A DNA stretch of 64,000 nucleotides from the NCBI GenBank assembly GCA_043228905.1, contig JBHGNT010000003.1, forward strand, positions 17,670,001 to 17,734,000, written 5' to 3'. Made by a program: the position numbers and the translations under genes. Below, piece by piece: positions 1 to 13,486 of this stretch; position 1 is the stretch's first letter; each line of letters begins with the position of its first letter. The notes beneath the pieces are model-generated. The model did not search any database. It saw only the letters and a program-made list of their open reading frames with translations, and had not been told where the DNA came from. Source of the DNA: Azolla caroliniana. Taxonomy: Eukaryota > Plantae > Polypodiophyta.

Positions 1-1022
1 GACTAGGCTGGCTACAGAGCCGATCGACGATCGACCTCTGGATTTGTCTTCTCACTCGGCAGCGGAGCAATATCTTGGAGTAGTAAGAAGCAACCTATCA
101 TTGAATTTTCGAGCACGGAGGCCGAATACAGTGGCGCAACCGTGGATGCATGTGAAGTCGTATGGCTCAAGAGGATTTTGAAGGATTTGGGCATTCCCAT
201 CAAGGATCCGACTCCCATTTATTGTGACAACATGATCAGTATCTATTTGGCTCAGGACCCGGTGTTCCACGCACACACAAAGCATATCGAAGTGCACTAT
301 CACTTCATTCGAGAGTGCGTTCAGGCCGGAGATGTCGACCTTCAACACATCAACACGAATCTTCAGACATCAGACATCTTCCCCAAGGCCCTAGGAGCTG
401 ACAAGCTTCGACAATTCATGTCAGACCTTGCCAAGCTTTAGGGGGAGTACACGAGAGAACCGGATACCGTCCGAACCGGGTATGAGTCGAAGAGGACACT
501 GGAGATTGTCTGAACCAGATACCAGCTGAAGCTTACATCAACCGAAAGGAACTGACCTGAGTTGAGCTTGAGGGGGCATGTTGAGAATCAAGCTCAACCT
601 AGTGCAACATGTGAACACACCCTTTGAGAATCTATGATCACTCAAAGGTCAAGAGTCACAACACTACTCTCTACACATTAACTATGTGCCATAGAATCCT
701 ATTCTATGACACATAACAAATGAGTTCCATTTTCCCCATTACTATGAGTCCACATTCCCCAAGAGAGACTAGTTGTAGTGAGTTAATGAAGAGAGAGGGT
801 GACCTTATATAAAGCACCATTCTCCTACTTCATACTAAGTTTGTTGTGACTCCTTGTAATGCTACATTTTGTATCTCATATTCTCCTTGTGAATATACAC
901 TTTCTTCTTGAGATTCTATTTTCCATTCTATCTAATCTATCTTGTGTTTTCTCTTCTCTTCTCTCTTTCCTCTCACACATACACATAACACACATCTCAT
1001 CCGCTGCACAAGAATCACAACA
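1..1022 (+). mobile_element. 3' end of a Ty1/copia LTR retrotransposon (RNase H remnant, PPT, 3' LTR 579-~1022)
   Basis: ORF 142-441 has copia RNase H motifs ([18 protein letters not shown]). PPT-like GAGCTTGAGGGGGCA precedes TGTTGAG at 579. The LTR is near-identical to 9035-9596 but lacks the last ~15 bp. Confidence 0.92.
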
Positions 1023-1190
1023 AGGTAGTTCAATCTAGTTGAATGCTCTCCAAAGTCGAAGGTAGGTCAGACTTGATGGTAAGTCAGTGTCGAACGCTCT
1101 ACAGTGGTGAAGGTAGGTCACAATTGAAGCTCCTCAAAGTAGAAAATTTGTTAGAGTTGAAGGCTCCTAAGAGTCGAAGGTAGCGACGAC
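1020..1190. repeat. degenerate ~45-60-bp tandem repeats (GTCGAAGGTAGGTCA-like core)
   Basis: Recurrent gaaggtag/gttgaa/gctctc motifs near 1056, 1108 and 1173. Confidence 0.4.
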
Positions 1191-2559
1191 CGGAATAGTG
1201 AATTATACATAAGATTAGGATTGAATCATGTAATTAATCCAAAGATTATGAAATTACAAATGGAGCTTACAATATTAAGTCCAAAATCGCTAGATTAAGA
1301 AAGAAATTCCCATTGTAAAATACGGATTACAAGTTTTTTGGGGGTTATTTATTACAACAATGGTAAATTTAAGAAAATAAATATGAATTGCAAACCCTAA
1401 ATTTCATGAAGAAGAAGAAAATTAAACCCTAACACAACAAGTATGTTCTGAAGAAGAGAAGAAGGATGAAGAAGAAAAGTATAATTAGAGAAGCATCTAT
1501 TCATGAATGAAGCTTCATGGGGGAATCCTCGAATTTCGGTGTAACCTCTCAATGATCGATGACCACGATGCCTCTTATTGATGTTGGTCTTACATGCCCT
1601 CTTGATTCGTTACCTTTGCTCCTCAATTCAATAGAGCTTCCACATCTCTCTCTTTCCTCTCCCCTCATTGTGTGCGTTCTCTTCACCCTTTTATAGGATG
1701 AAAGCGGCTCTCCCTTGAATTTAGTTAGTGGGTGTGTTTTTATTGTAGCGTGCATCCTACTTTCTTTCCCACTTACATGTTGTACATTTTCCTTTTGACG
1801 AGTGATGTTTTTTTATTTGTTGTATTCAACTATAACTCAAAATATGTATTTTTTTATCACATCTTCAATCTATCGTTCAACCTTTTTAATATTCCCATTT
1901 CAACTTATTTCCTCCTATGTGCTCCCCACACCACAACAACATAAAGAGAGTTTTCAAGAAATCTTTAGTAATGAAAGTAATTTTTTCTAGAGTTTAGATA
2001 TAAACTATGGGTCATGATCATTAATAATGTCATTTGGAAAACAATGATGTCGCAAAACCTCTTGAAAATCAAGGTATGTTGTTTTTTCCCTACTAACTCT
2101 TTGATTACATGGTAATAAGTGTGTCATCTTTGTAAATCAATCAACCATGATCAAAATAGCATCAAAACCCTAAGGAAGGAGATTTCTACTAAGGTCTAGA
2201 CAAAAAGATTGCCTTCGTCACGCACACAATGTTTAAGCATTATTGTATAACATGTGCCACATCATGAGAGGACATGTGACTTGCATGCATTCCAGGATCA
2301 TTCATGTGTGTCAAGTATCTTTAATGCATTTTCTCACGCATGTGCGCCAAGTGTCCTTCATGCATTTTAGAGTGAAATCTGTTTAAAGAGCTTCTCAATC
2401 AAGATGAAGTATTTTGGTTGAACACAAGGCTTTAGCTCTCGATTATGTCAAGCCATAATTACATTTTTACTAGACTTCACAAAGTTACTCTACCTAGGTT
2501 ATCCTCTCAATTCTCTATCTCTTCAACTAGCTTCAATCTTCCTTATTCCTAATTCCTTC

Positions 2560-4250
2560 TCCGTTATCTCTTTCTTTTTTTCTCTTTGGCGTGTACCACA
2601 ATGTCACTTCATCAAACACAATATCACATCCTATAAGAACCTAGTGGGAAGAAAATTTGAAGCACTTTGTAACCTTTTGTTCAAGTGAGTTGATGAAATC
2701 TGCAATTGTCCACTTGGGTTTGAGTTTTGTTTGTACATCGTTTAGGATATGCATATATGCAATGCATCTAGCAAATTTGCATTATGACATATCCAACATC
2801 CTTCAATAACATCTCCTTGGTGGTTTACACCATAAGTTATAACATCTAAATGGTAAAATTGAGACAACCTAAGTTTGATCCTCACCATGGGTCATGCCCC
2901 ATCTCATAGATTGCAATTGGTCTCCTGTGGACATTAAGAAGATATGTATCTATCTATTGTGGTAGTTTTCATGCGGAGTCACATATTGTAAGATATTAAT
3001 TCATCAAATAGAATGGTATACCTAAGGCACTCGGAATATGGCATGTTTTGCTCATTGAGCATAGCTCAAGCTACCTCCATGATTGGGCAATTCTTCTACT
3101 CCACTATGCCATTTTGTTACAATTTGCACTTACAAAAGAATTGATGAGGAGAACCTTTTTGTTCTATCACTCTTGAGGAGCACTATGAATTTGTCGGAGA
3201 AGTATCATATACCAACATTGACTCAATGAAATTGAATATCCCAATAGCCCTCTTTCTCCTAAGGACTTTTGAAGTTGTAGAAGTGAGAGAATACTTCACT
3301 TTTTGGATGTATTGGGTAGATCCATGTGTGGCAAGAGCAATTGTTTATAAACTAATTGTTGCCATTTTTGTAGGATCTCAAACATCTAATTGGATGACAT
3401 TGAGGAGCTCGCTTCTCAGATTTCGTGCGTGCATAAATGGATGATGATGCTACTTAAAAAAACTAGCATGTTTCACACACCACAGATCTATCTTCATTTG
3501 AACCTTGGTAGTCCACTCATGATTCCTCTTGATTGCACCATCCACAAGTTTTGTAGGTTGAATGTTAGATGTATTCTTCTGCTTTTCGACGAGCATTGTA
3601 GACTTCATTATTTTATCCTCAAGGATGAACATTCTCCCGTTCCTTCTTCCACATGTGACCAACCACCTTTTGACTTAAGGTCTTCGATGAAGCACTCTAC
3701 TACTTGTAAAGAAAACTTGCATCCCTTGTTCCAAGATTTGCTTAATACACACTAGTTTCTTTGTAATAGTGGGATCATTCATGATATCGTTGATGCATTT
3801 ATATTTGGCATTTCCATCTCTAAGAGCAGTGTAGCCAGTGTGATGAATAGGATGTGCCATATCATCTCTCATTTCAATGTAGTCACATTTCTTAGGTGCT
3901 CATAACTCGTGGAACCATTCTTGATGACTTGTTATGTGATTGAATGCACTAATGTGGATTTTGTCTTATGATTCATTATAAACACACGACCAAGAAGAAC
4001 ACCTCAATGTATTGGATGGGATGTGTAGTATACTCTCTCTTCTATATGTAGTCAAGCAACTTGGGTGTTGTCATCTCCAACCAGAACATTTCCAATCTAA
4101 TGGATGGGATGCGTACTATCTTCTCTTATATCCACTTACCTAAGTCACTCGGGTTTTTGCTTGTTGCGACTCATCATTTGATTGAAAACACCAAAGCCCA
4201 TGAAATATACATTGTTACCTTTACTTTTGTTTGTCAATATGTAGTTTGTC
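2560..4250 (-). pseudogene. highly degraded Ty1/copia protease-integrase remnant
   Basis: Minus ORFs 3675-3872 (DDMAHPIHHTG...ITKKLVCIKQILEQGMQV) and 3450-3662 (GRRNGRMFILE) align by eye with the same region of the copia copies at 5578 and 45065. Boundaries are approximate. Confidence 0.7.
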
Positions 4251-4287
4251 TTATGGTCCACTTCAAACATACTACCATTACTATCGT

Positions 4288-4357
4288 TGTCGTGTGGTTC
4301 TTCACACACGATATGAAAAATAATGAAATAATTATTTTTGATTAGTTGGTATGAAAA
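4288..4357 (+). mobile_element. 5' fragment of a TGTCGTG-family (gypsy) LTR
   Basis: TGTCGTGTGGTTCTTCACACACGATATGAAAAATAATGAAATAATTATT matches the LTR starts at 25856 and 63030. Confidence 0.75.
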
Positions 4358-4400
4358 GAAGACGATAATATAATCTATCTATCAATCTATCTATCTAGCT
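4358..4400 (+). mobile_element. 3' tail of an RTE LINE
   Basis: GAAGACGATAATATAATCTATCTATC matches the reverse complement of the RTE 3' end at 34817-34843. Confidence 0.65.
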
Positions 4401-4647
4401 ATCTCTCTCTCTCACACACACACACACACATAACACACATATCTATTCCGCTGCACACGAATCACCATCGATTATTTACATGGTATCAGAGAAATTTGGT
4501 AGCTTGATCTAGCCCACTCGCCTCATCGTGATCGTGTGTTGTGCTCTACGCCGACGTTCAAGAAGAACCGACTCATCGCTATCATAGTACCACTACATAG
4601 CTCGTGTTTGAGAGAGAAGGAAAAGAAGAAAGGAAGCTTAATCGACA

Positions 4648-7600
4648 ATGAATGCTCAAATGGGGAGCACTCTCCCTAGCGAGAAGTTGGACCGAAACAA
4701 CTTCGCATCTTGGGAGTACAAGATGCACCAATACTTTGTCGGCCAAGGCTATTGGGGTTACATCAAGGGACCACAAGAAAACCGACCCGACCCAAAAGAC
4801 GCCGACTACACAACATGGGAGCAAGCGGCAAGCCGAATGATGTATTGCTTGGCGACATGTGTTCACGACCACATGCTCGGCTACATTTGAGAAGCTGAGA
4901 CGTGGAAGGAAGCGTGGGAGAATCTACGAAAGATTTTCGCCGCCAACACGACCGCGAGAAAGCTTCAACTCCTCCAAGAGTTGAACAACATTCAACAATG
5001 GGATATGTCCATTACAAGCTACACCTTGAAGATCAAGGAGCTTTGCGACTCGCTCGGCTCGATAAGCGTCAATGTGGATGATGATGAGATGGTGCAAATA
5101 TGCCTCGGCGGCCTTGCACCACAATTCGGCGCGATGAGGACCGTTGTACTAGCACGAGATAATTCACCCTCCTTCTTTGACCTTCAATCCATGTCGTTGG
5201 TCGAAGAAAACCATGTTTGAACAAGGAGCAACGCCTCGGAAGGCCACATGCTCTACACGCATTCGGATGGAGGAAGAGGACGCGGTCGTGCAAGAAGAGG
5301 CCGATTCGGCCAAGGACGAGGCGGACGAGGCCCGACTTACGAAAACAACTCGCAATTTCGGCATCAAGACGGAAGCCATCGAGGAACCTTTGGAAGAAGG
5401 GGGAGCTTCCATTCCGGTCCAAGCCGACAAAACTCGGTCGAATGCGGATATTGCGGAAAAATTGGTCACCACGAAGAAGAATACTGTAAGAAGATACACG
5501 AGTCGGCTTCCACTAACTGACAACTCACCAACTACGCCACAAACTCCGAGTACCACGATTACGGTGGATTATTCGTAATGAGACATAAAGCAAATTCTAT
5601 GTCGGCCTCTACTTCTACTAGTGCCTCCGGTCCGGAAGATGTATGGTTCGTCGATTCCGATGCCTCAAACCATATGACGTCGCATCAAGATGGTTCTGAG
5701 AACTTCGAGAGTCGAACTGACCCGGCTATGTCGAAACCGGAGACGACGATTCGGCACATCGGGAATGTTCCGATCGGAAAAGAAGGTCAGCAAACTTACA
5801 TTAAAAATGTCTTGCATGTACTAACTATCACGAAGAATTTGGTCTCCGTAGGCCAAATTGTAGAGCAAGGAATGCAAGTTCGATTTAATCAAGGCGGTTG
5901 CTTCATCGAAAAAGAGGGCCGACTCATCGCGCGTGGATGGAGAGAGGGCCAAATGTTCATTCTCGACTCGCACGAGATGAAATCGGCCATGTTCGCAAAA
6001 GGCACGAAAGCCGAGTCCAACATAGAGTTATGGCACAAGCTGATTGACCATATCAACCTTCAAAAGCTCAAGGCGATGCAATCGAAAGGAGTCGTCATCG
6101 GACTTCCGACCTTCAAAGAGAGAGAGATTGAAGGCGTATGTGCAGCTTGCCAATTCGGCAAGCAACATCGGCATCCATTTCCAAAGGAGAGGAATGTAAG
6201 CAAAGGCGTACTCGACGTAATTCATTCCGATGTATGGGGACCGGCCCAAACGGTGACATTCGGCGGATGTTGATACTATGTGACCTTTATTGACGACTTC
6301 TCTAGGCACACTTGGATCTACTAGATGCGGCAAAACAGTGAAGTGTTCAGACACTTCCAAAAATTTAAGAGTGGAGTCGAAAAAGCTACGAGTCGACACG
6401 CACGATGCCTTCGATCGGATGGAGGCAAGGAATATTTCTCGGATGATTTTACGGCGTCTCTACGGAAAGAAGGAATTCGGCGAGAGTTTTCATGTCGACA
6501 TACACCACAACAAAACGGAGTGGCCGAACGAAAGAATCGGCACATCCTCGAAGTAGCACAGGCCATGATGAATGAAAAGCATGTGCCGAAATCGTACTAG
6601 GCAGAAACGGCTAACACGGTCGTATACCTCATGAATCAGTGTACGACATAGGGTGTGCATGAACTTACTCCACACGATAAGTTTTTTAGAAAGAAGCCAG
6701 ACCTCTCGCATGTTCGGATATTCAGGTCCATTGTGTACATGCACATCCCCGACGAAAAGTGACAAAAGCTCAACCTGAAGTTGTAAAAATGTATCCTCAT
6801 AGGATACTCACTGGAGCAAAAGGGGTACAAGTGCTATAACCCCTCGACTCGGAAAGTTCGAGTAAGTCGAGACGTCGTGTTTGACGTGTCTGCATCCTGG
6901 TACGCACCAGAGACAACTTCAACTCAGCTCAACCCGGAATCCGCCGAACAAGAGATAGAAGATGAAGATCGCCTTACCCGCATGTTCGAAGAAAGTCTGA
7001 TCACGACCCGACTAAGTGGACCACAAGAGCCTCCGAGCGATCAAAGCACATCTCGACCAAGTCCGAAGCTAGACATAGGGAAAGCCAAAATGCTGGAGTA
7101 TGAAGATGATCATTTCAACGGCATCGAATCGACTCACTCCCTTGATAGTGAATTCGAAGGCCTTGACATCCAGACAAATGGAGTGAAGAAATCCTTAGAA
7201 TCCGCAAACGAGAAGCTTCGCCGATCCACTCATGAAAAGAATCTCATAAGCCGATTTGGCTATGATGAGTACATGGTGTACCATTGCGCATTTATGATCA
7301 AGGTAGCAATAGTACGGGAGCCGGAAACCTTTTCCGAATCCACAAAGGACCTGCGATGGATCGAAGCAATGAACAAGGAGATGCGTGCACTATGCAAGAA
7401 CGAGACATGGGATCTTGTTCCCCACTCACCGCACAAGAAGGCAATTGGATGTAGATGGATTTACAAGGTGAAGTATAATGCCGACGACTCCATCAACCGC
7501 TACAAAGCTCGACTCGTAGCGAAAGGATACACACAAACACATGGAGTCGACTATGAAGAGACCTTTGCCCCAACGGCAAAGATGACGACTGTGCGGACTA

Positions 7601-9021
7601 TAATCGCACTCGCAGCAAGGAAAGGGTGGCATCTCCATCAGATGGTCGTCAAGAACGCTTTTCTTCAACGTGAATTAGAAGAGGAGGTGTACATGGTACA
7701 ACCATCCAGCTTCAAATCCAACATTCATCCGAAAGCCTTTTGCCAACTCAAGAAGCCTCTCTACGACCTTAAACAACCACCACGTCCTTGGCATTCGAAG
7801 ATTACGCAATATCTTCACCAAATCGGCTTTCGAATGTCGAAATCCGACAACTCTCTCTACGTACAACACGACTCTAGAAGCCTAATTGTCATCATCCTAT
7901 ACGTGGATGATCTGGTCATTGGAGGTGAAAGTCTAGTCAACATCAACAAGGTCAAGTCCCTCCTCTCCGGAAAATTCGAGATGACGGACATGAAGGAGCT
8001 CCATTACTTCCTGGGCATCGAAGTAATTCGGATTCCGACTGGCATTATGATCTCTCAACAGCACTACATCCTCAACTTGTTATACAAGTTCAGGATGACT
8101 GAGTGCAAATCGGTGGCTACGCCTCTCGATCGAAACCTCAAATTAGATGCCGACTCCGGCACAGACGAGTGCGAGCCGACCCAATATCGTCAACTAATCG
8201 GGAGCCTCATCTATCTCACGATCACTCGACCCGGCCTCAACTATCCAATCAGACTCCTTAGCCAATTCATGCAAACTCCGCAAGATATCCATTTCGATTG
8301 CGTTAAGCGAGTATTACGATATGTGTGCGGCACAATGGATTACAGCGTTCTCTATGCATCGGCCACACCAATACGACTCGAAGGGTACACAAACGTGGAC
8401 TAGGCAAGCTACAAAGCCGATCGATGATCGACCTTCGGATTTGTCTTCTCGCTCGGTAGCGGAGCAATATCTTGGAGTAGTAAGAAGCAGCCTACCGTTG
8501 CACTTTCGAGTATGGAGGCCAAATATAGAGGCGCATCCGTAGCTGCATGTGAAGCTGTATGGCTCAAGAGGATTTTGAAGGATCTAGGCATTCGCATCAA
8601 GGATCCGACTCCCATTTACTGCGACAACATGAGCAATATATATCTGGCTTGGAACCCGGTGTTCCACACACGCACAAAGCATATCGAAGTGCACTACCAC
8701 TTCATTCAAGAGCATGTTTAGGCCAGAGATGTCAATCTTCTACACATCAACACGAATCTTCAGACAACTGACATCTTCACCAAGGCCCTAGGAGCCGACA
8801 AGCTTTGGCAATTCATGTCAGACCTCGGATTAACGATCCCTAACTTGCCAAGCTTGAGGGGAAGTACAAGCGAGAACCAGATATCGTCTGAACTGGGTAC
8901 GAGCCAAAGCGGACAACGGAGATCGTCCGAACCAGGTATGAGCCGAAGTGGACACTGGAGATCGTCCGAACTGGATACCAACCGAAGCGGACATCAATTA
9001 AAAGGAACCGACCCGAGTTGA
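4648..9021 (+). pseudogene. copia gag-pol polyprotein pseudogene
   Basis: Consecutive ORF fragments (4648, 4981, 5248, 5578, 6325, 6877-8403, 8512, 8815) in gag-PR-IN-RT-RH order. Confidence 0.92.
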
Positions 9022-9458
9022 GCTTAACGGGGCCTGTTGAGAATTAAGCTCAACATAGTGCAACGTGTCAACATAGTGCAATGTGTCAACATAGTGCAAC
9101 GTGTCAACACACCTTCTGAGAATCCATGATTACTCAAAGGTCAAGAGTCACACCACTACTCTCTACACATTAACTATGTGTCATAGAATCATATTCTATG
9201 ACACATAACTAATGAGTTACATATTCCCCATGAGTATGAGTCTTCACATTCCCCAAAAGAGAGAGTGGTTGTTGTAAGTTAATGAAGAGTGAGGGTGACT
9301 CTATATAAAGCACCCTCCTCATACTTCATACTAAGTCGGTTGTGACTCCTTGTAATGCTACATTTTTGTATCTCTATTCTACTTGTGAAATATACACCTT
9401 CTTCTTCTTGAGTATTTTATTTCTCTTGCTTATCTATCTTGTGTTCTCTTCTCTCCTC

Positions 9459-9462
<4 letters not shown>

Positions 9463-9548
<86 letters not shown>
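9463..9548. repeat. (CT)n(CA)n compound microsatellite in the copia 3' LTR
   Basis: Seen directly. Confidence 0.95.
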
Positions 9549-11034
9549 CACACATATATATTCCGTTGCACACGAATTCACCATCAATTCTTTACACCCA
9601 CTCTTCCAAAAACAGTAAAATAAGGAAATAGTGACACATGACCTATGGGACTAACTCACATCTTCTACAAGTATGTTCTTAGAATTGCAATGGATGCCCA
9701 TTCTTTTATGACATGTAGTAAGTAAGCAGTAAACCACTTATAACCATCAAGACCCGTTTTTTGGAACTGGGTCTTAGCATAATGAACATAATCTTCAAAA
9801 GAAGAAAATTTTCGGCTAGAAAGGTTAAGCACATTTTGTGATGCTTCAATCTAAGATGGGCGTTAGAGAAATGTTTTCGTAAATAAATCGACACAATTGT
9901 CCCATGCACTAGGCAACTTTTGGGCATTGTGAAGCCCACAACACCAAGTAGTAGCTTTGCCTCCAAGCTCACGACTAGCATAGCAAATCTTTGTATGATC
10001 TAGCTTGGGATGAAGCTCGAAATGAGATTTCCAACAACCAATCCAAGTAGTAATAGCTTCTTAGATCTGTTCCTTCTTATCATTTATCTAAGGTTTCACG
10101 ATAAAGGACGAGTCACCTTGTTTTGTCCTCTTTCAAGGAAGAATTCACGTGCATATCCAACACGCGAGACTAAAGAGCTCCATGAGATTTTTGAAGCTCA
10201 AAAATCTCAGCCAAGGTAACTTTGATGAAAAATTGCCTTAATAGGAATAATAGTAGATGTGGTAGTTGGTACCATGGGCATAGTGTCACATTCCATGTCC
10301 GTGTTGTGATTTGCGCCATTGAGATGTCTAAAGCAAATGATTGGCAATTTTAGGAACTTATGCTAAAGAAGATATAATAATGTTAGACAAGCTTTTGTAG
10401 CATCATTTGATAAAAAAACTCATATTTGTACCCCTTTAAACGTGTGAAAAATGTTTTAAGCATAAGAACACTTTTGTAACACAATGTATTTTAACAACCA
10501 TGGAGGAGACATAAAAACAATGTATATTCCTTATCTCTATATCGAATGACCATGGTGGATCCTAATGCTTGACCATGTTTGTCGACCAAAAAGCATGATC
10601 CAATCCCTAAAATATAAAAATGAAATGCAAAGTGTGCCCATGTATGTGGTTTCAGCTCTTTCTGTCCAATCCGGAACCCCGAATTGCACAAAACAAATGC
10701 AAAAGAGAATGCCTATGTTTACTTAAGTCATCTTGATATCTATTAATATTTGTTTCCTCATAATGAGCAAATTGATCACACATGATACTCATCTATCTAA
10801 CAATAGAACTCACAAATGTATGTAATCTCATGGTTCATCAAAGTTTTTGTTAATTGTGTGGGCAAGAAAATTTGCATAGATATAATTAATTATATCTAGC
10901 TTGATTGTAAAAATAAATGCTCTCAAATACGAGAATGATGAGTGTGTGTCACTGAGTGCACATCTAAATTTTATTTATTTATTTATTTTTGTTTAAGAAT
11001 ATAGATGTATAGCAATATATCGATATGTATGTTA

Positions 11035-11065
<31 letters not shown>

Positions 11066-11975
11066 CATTGCATAGGTTAACAAAATGCGTGAAAATAAAT
11101 AAGTAAATATATATAATTATAATAATAATAGCAGTAACGCACAATGAAATTTGAGTGGAAAAAATAAAAGCATCCAAGATTGGAAAAAGAATCACCCTAA
11201 ATTGGGGGCACAAAAGCCAAATTTATTTAGAATTTTTACATCAAATTTATTTATTTATATATATTTCTATTTTTTAAAATTTTTTGGGTCACAATCTACT
11301 ATAGCCTGTAACCTACATGAGATAACCTACAACAGGTAAGGGAGACTTGTTAATTAATGTTAAGCAAAATTAAAATTCTAACAATCTTATTGTCACCATA
11401 TCAAACGAATGGAACTATTGGATGTTATGGTGAAGGAGTCTCTACTTACTAGATTGTGGATAACATCCAATCCAAAGTTAAAGGAGGGCTCACTTGGATC
11501 TTGAAACATGGCAAATCCTCTTTGACATATGCACATCATGTCAATTCTCAAACCATCTTTCTGTGCATCAAAAACCATTTTCAAATTGCTACCCTTCTCG
11601 ATAGAGTTTTGATCCTTCCGAACCTTGAATTTGAATACAATTATGATAGAGTACTCAACATACCTTAAAATGCAGAATTGTCTTGGTGAGAAACGAGTGA
11701 TTTTGTTTGATAAATATCTATGCTCCCACCTTAGCAACTTCCACGTGAATAATTTTTTGTGTTATATGCATGGAATGCTACTTGGATGCCAACCATGAAC
11801 AGAAGTTAAAGAAGCTAGGAGTAACTTGGGACAAGAAAGAAGGTGTTCGGTCAGAGGATCCTAAGTTTCCATCTCATCCTCACAAGCCAGAAATAAAAAT
11901 TAAATTTAGTTGTGATGAAGATGCAATTGGTATCGAAGATGTATTCTATGCGGAATCCAAAAGTTGAAGCTGAAT

Positions 11976-12137
11976 GGGTTGGCCAAGCCCGGAGGTCCCC
12001 TTTCACATACGCGCAAAAGTCACTGGCAACCTCACAACTACATTGTTGCTACTGTTGAGAGTGATGAGTGGGTTGGCCAAGATCGGAGGTCCCCTTTCAC
12101 ATACGCACAAAAGCCATTTGCAACCTCCCAACTACAT
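11976..12137. repeat. imperfect 94-bp-period direct duplication upstream of TROL
   Basis: GGGTTGGCCAAG..CGGAGGTCCCCTTTCACATACGC.CAAAAG at 11976 and 12070. Confidence 0.8.
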
Positions 12138-12506
12138 CAGGGGAAAAATTTCTGTAGCTCTTCATTTTCAGACGTGATGGGTTTCCATCTGTTTGGTAAG
12201 AGCATTTGGGGGGACAAACCAGTTTAGAGATCGGGTACGGTTGGGGTTTAAAAAAACGTCCCAAAACAAGGTTTGAGTTTGGGCAAGGCCAAACCGGGTA
12301 AAGCCGAAACTGAACCAATCCGCTGTTGCCGATTCCTAGTGGGATAACAAAACAAATTACAATATATGTATGTAGTGTGATATACATATTACATACATAT
12401 ATATTTATTTATACACTACATTGTTTTGTTATCACATAAACATATGTATACATTTTGCATTTCTATTTCTTCACTTCTTTTGATCCACAAGGTGGGGTGT
12501 ACATTG

Positions 12507-12510
<4 letters not shown>

Positions 12511-12604
<94 letters not shown>

Positions 12605-12662
12605 CACACACACACACAGTCTCTCTCTCTCTCTCTCTCTCAAACACACACACACACACACA
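12511..12662. repeat. (CA)n(CT)n compound microsatellite in the TROL promoter/5' UTR
   Basis: Seen directly, about 70-220 bp upstream of the ATG. Confidence 0.95.
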
Positions 12663-12728
12663 GTGACACACAGAGACACACAGAGACACACATACTCTGT
12701 TTCTTTCTGATTTTTCTTGCTTCTGGCT

Positions 12729-13486
12729 ATGGCTATGGAGCTCTTTACTCCACCTTCCCCTTCCCCTTCTTCCCTAATCTCATCCCCATTTAAACCCAAA
12801 CCCAATTCTATCGTCTTCTCCCCATCCACAACACCTCCAAATCGCCCCTCATCATCGCCATCGCCATCATCATCATCATCATCATCATCATCGACTGCTA
12901 CCAGTACCAGTACCACCACAACCTCCTCCTCTGTTTCTGCCATTGCTGCTGCATTTCCATCGCTCTCCTCCGCTTTCTTTTTCCCGCTTGTAGGCCCCGC
13001 CTCTGCCACTGTCTCCTACGACGACATTGTCGCCCCCGGCACCACATCTGAGGGAACCATTGATGCCACATCCGCATTTGATGCAGCTTCTCCATTGCCT
13101 TCGTTGGACCTGGACCTTGGTGGCATTGTGGATTCCGTGTCAGGGTTCGTGTCTGAGAATCCTGTGGCCGTGATCGGTGGGATCGCGGCGATAGGTATCC
13201 CTCTTCTCATTTCCCGCCTTTTCTTCTCGCAGGGAGAAGAGAAACCCTACGCCATTGTCTCCCCCAGGGAGGTCTTTAAGAAGCTGGAAACAAGCGGTGA
13301 AGATGGCTTCCTTCTCGATATAAGGACTGTCCAAGATGTGAAAATTGAAGGTAGTCCAGACCTCCGAAGCATCAAGAAGAGGTTCTTTCAAATCCCTTAT
13401 GTTGAAGATCAAGACGAGGTTTTCCTGAAGAAGCTTCTTTCCAAGTTCAAAGACCCGTCCAATACCACTCTCTACATTCTTGACCA
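12729..13486 (+). CDS. TROL: TROL exon 1 (transit peptide, TM1, N-half of rhodanese domain)
   Basis: Within ORF 12717-13541; donor CA|GTACGC. The start could also be the ATG at 12735. Confidence 0.9.

Larger units (their letters stand above)
4401..9596 (+). mobile_element. Ty1/copia LTR retrotransposon, near full length, inactivated (5' LTR truncated)
   Basis: 5' LTR remnant ends TTTACA at 4480, followed by the tRNA-iMet PBS TGGTATCAGAG at 4481. Gag has CGYCGKIGHHEEEYC, then protease WFVDSDAS, integrase HHCC/DDE, RT LYVDD and RNase H. 3' LTR 9035-9596 (TG..CA). Many in-frame stops. Confidence 0.95.

Noticed and set aside
9600-11970. Possible degraded DNA transposon upstream of TROL
   Set aside because: Only short ORFs with no motif, TIR or TSD that I can support.
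12416-13009. 197-aa antisense ORF over TROL exon 1
   Set aside because: Shadow of Ser codon runs and microsatellites.
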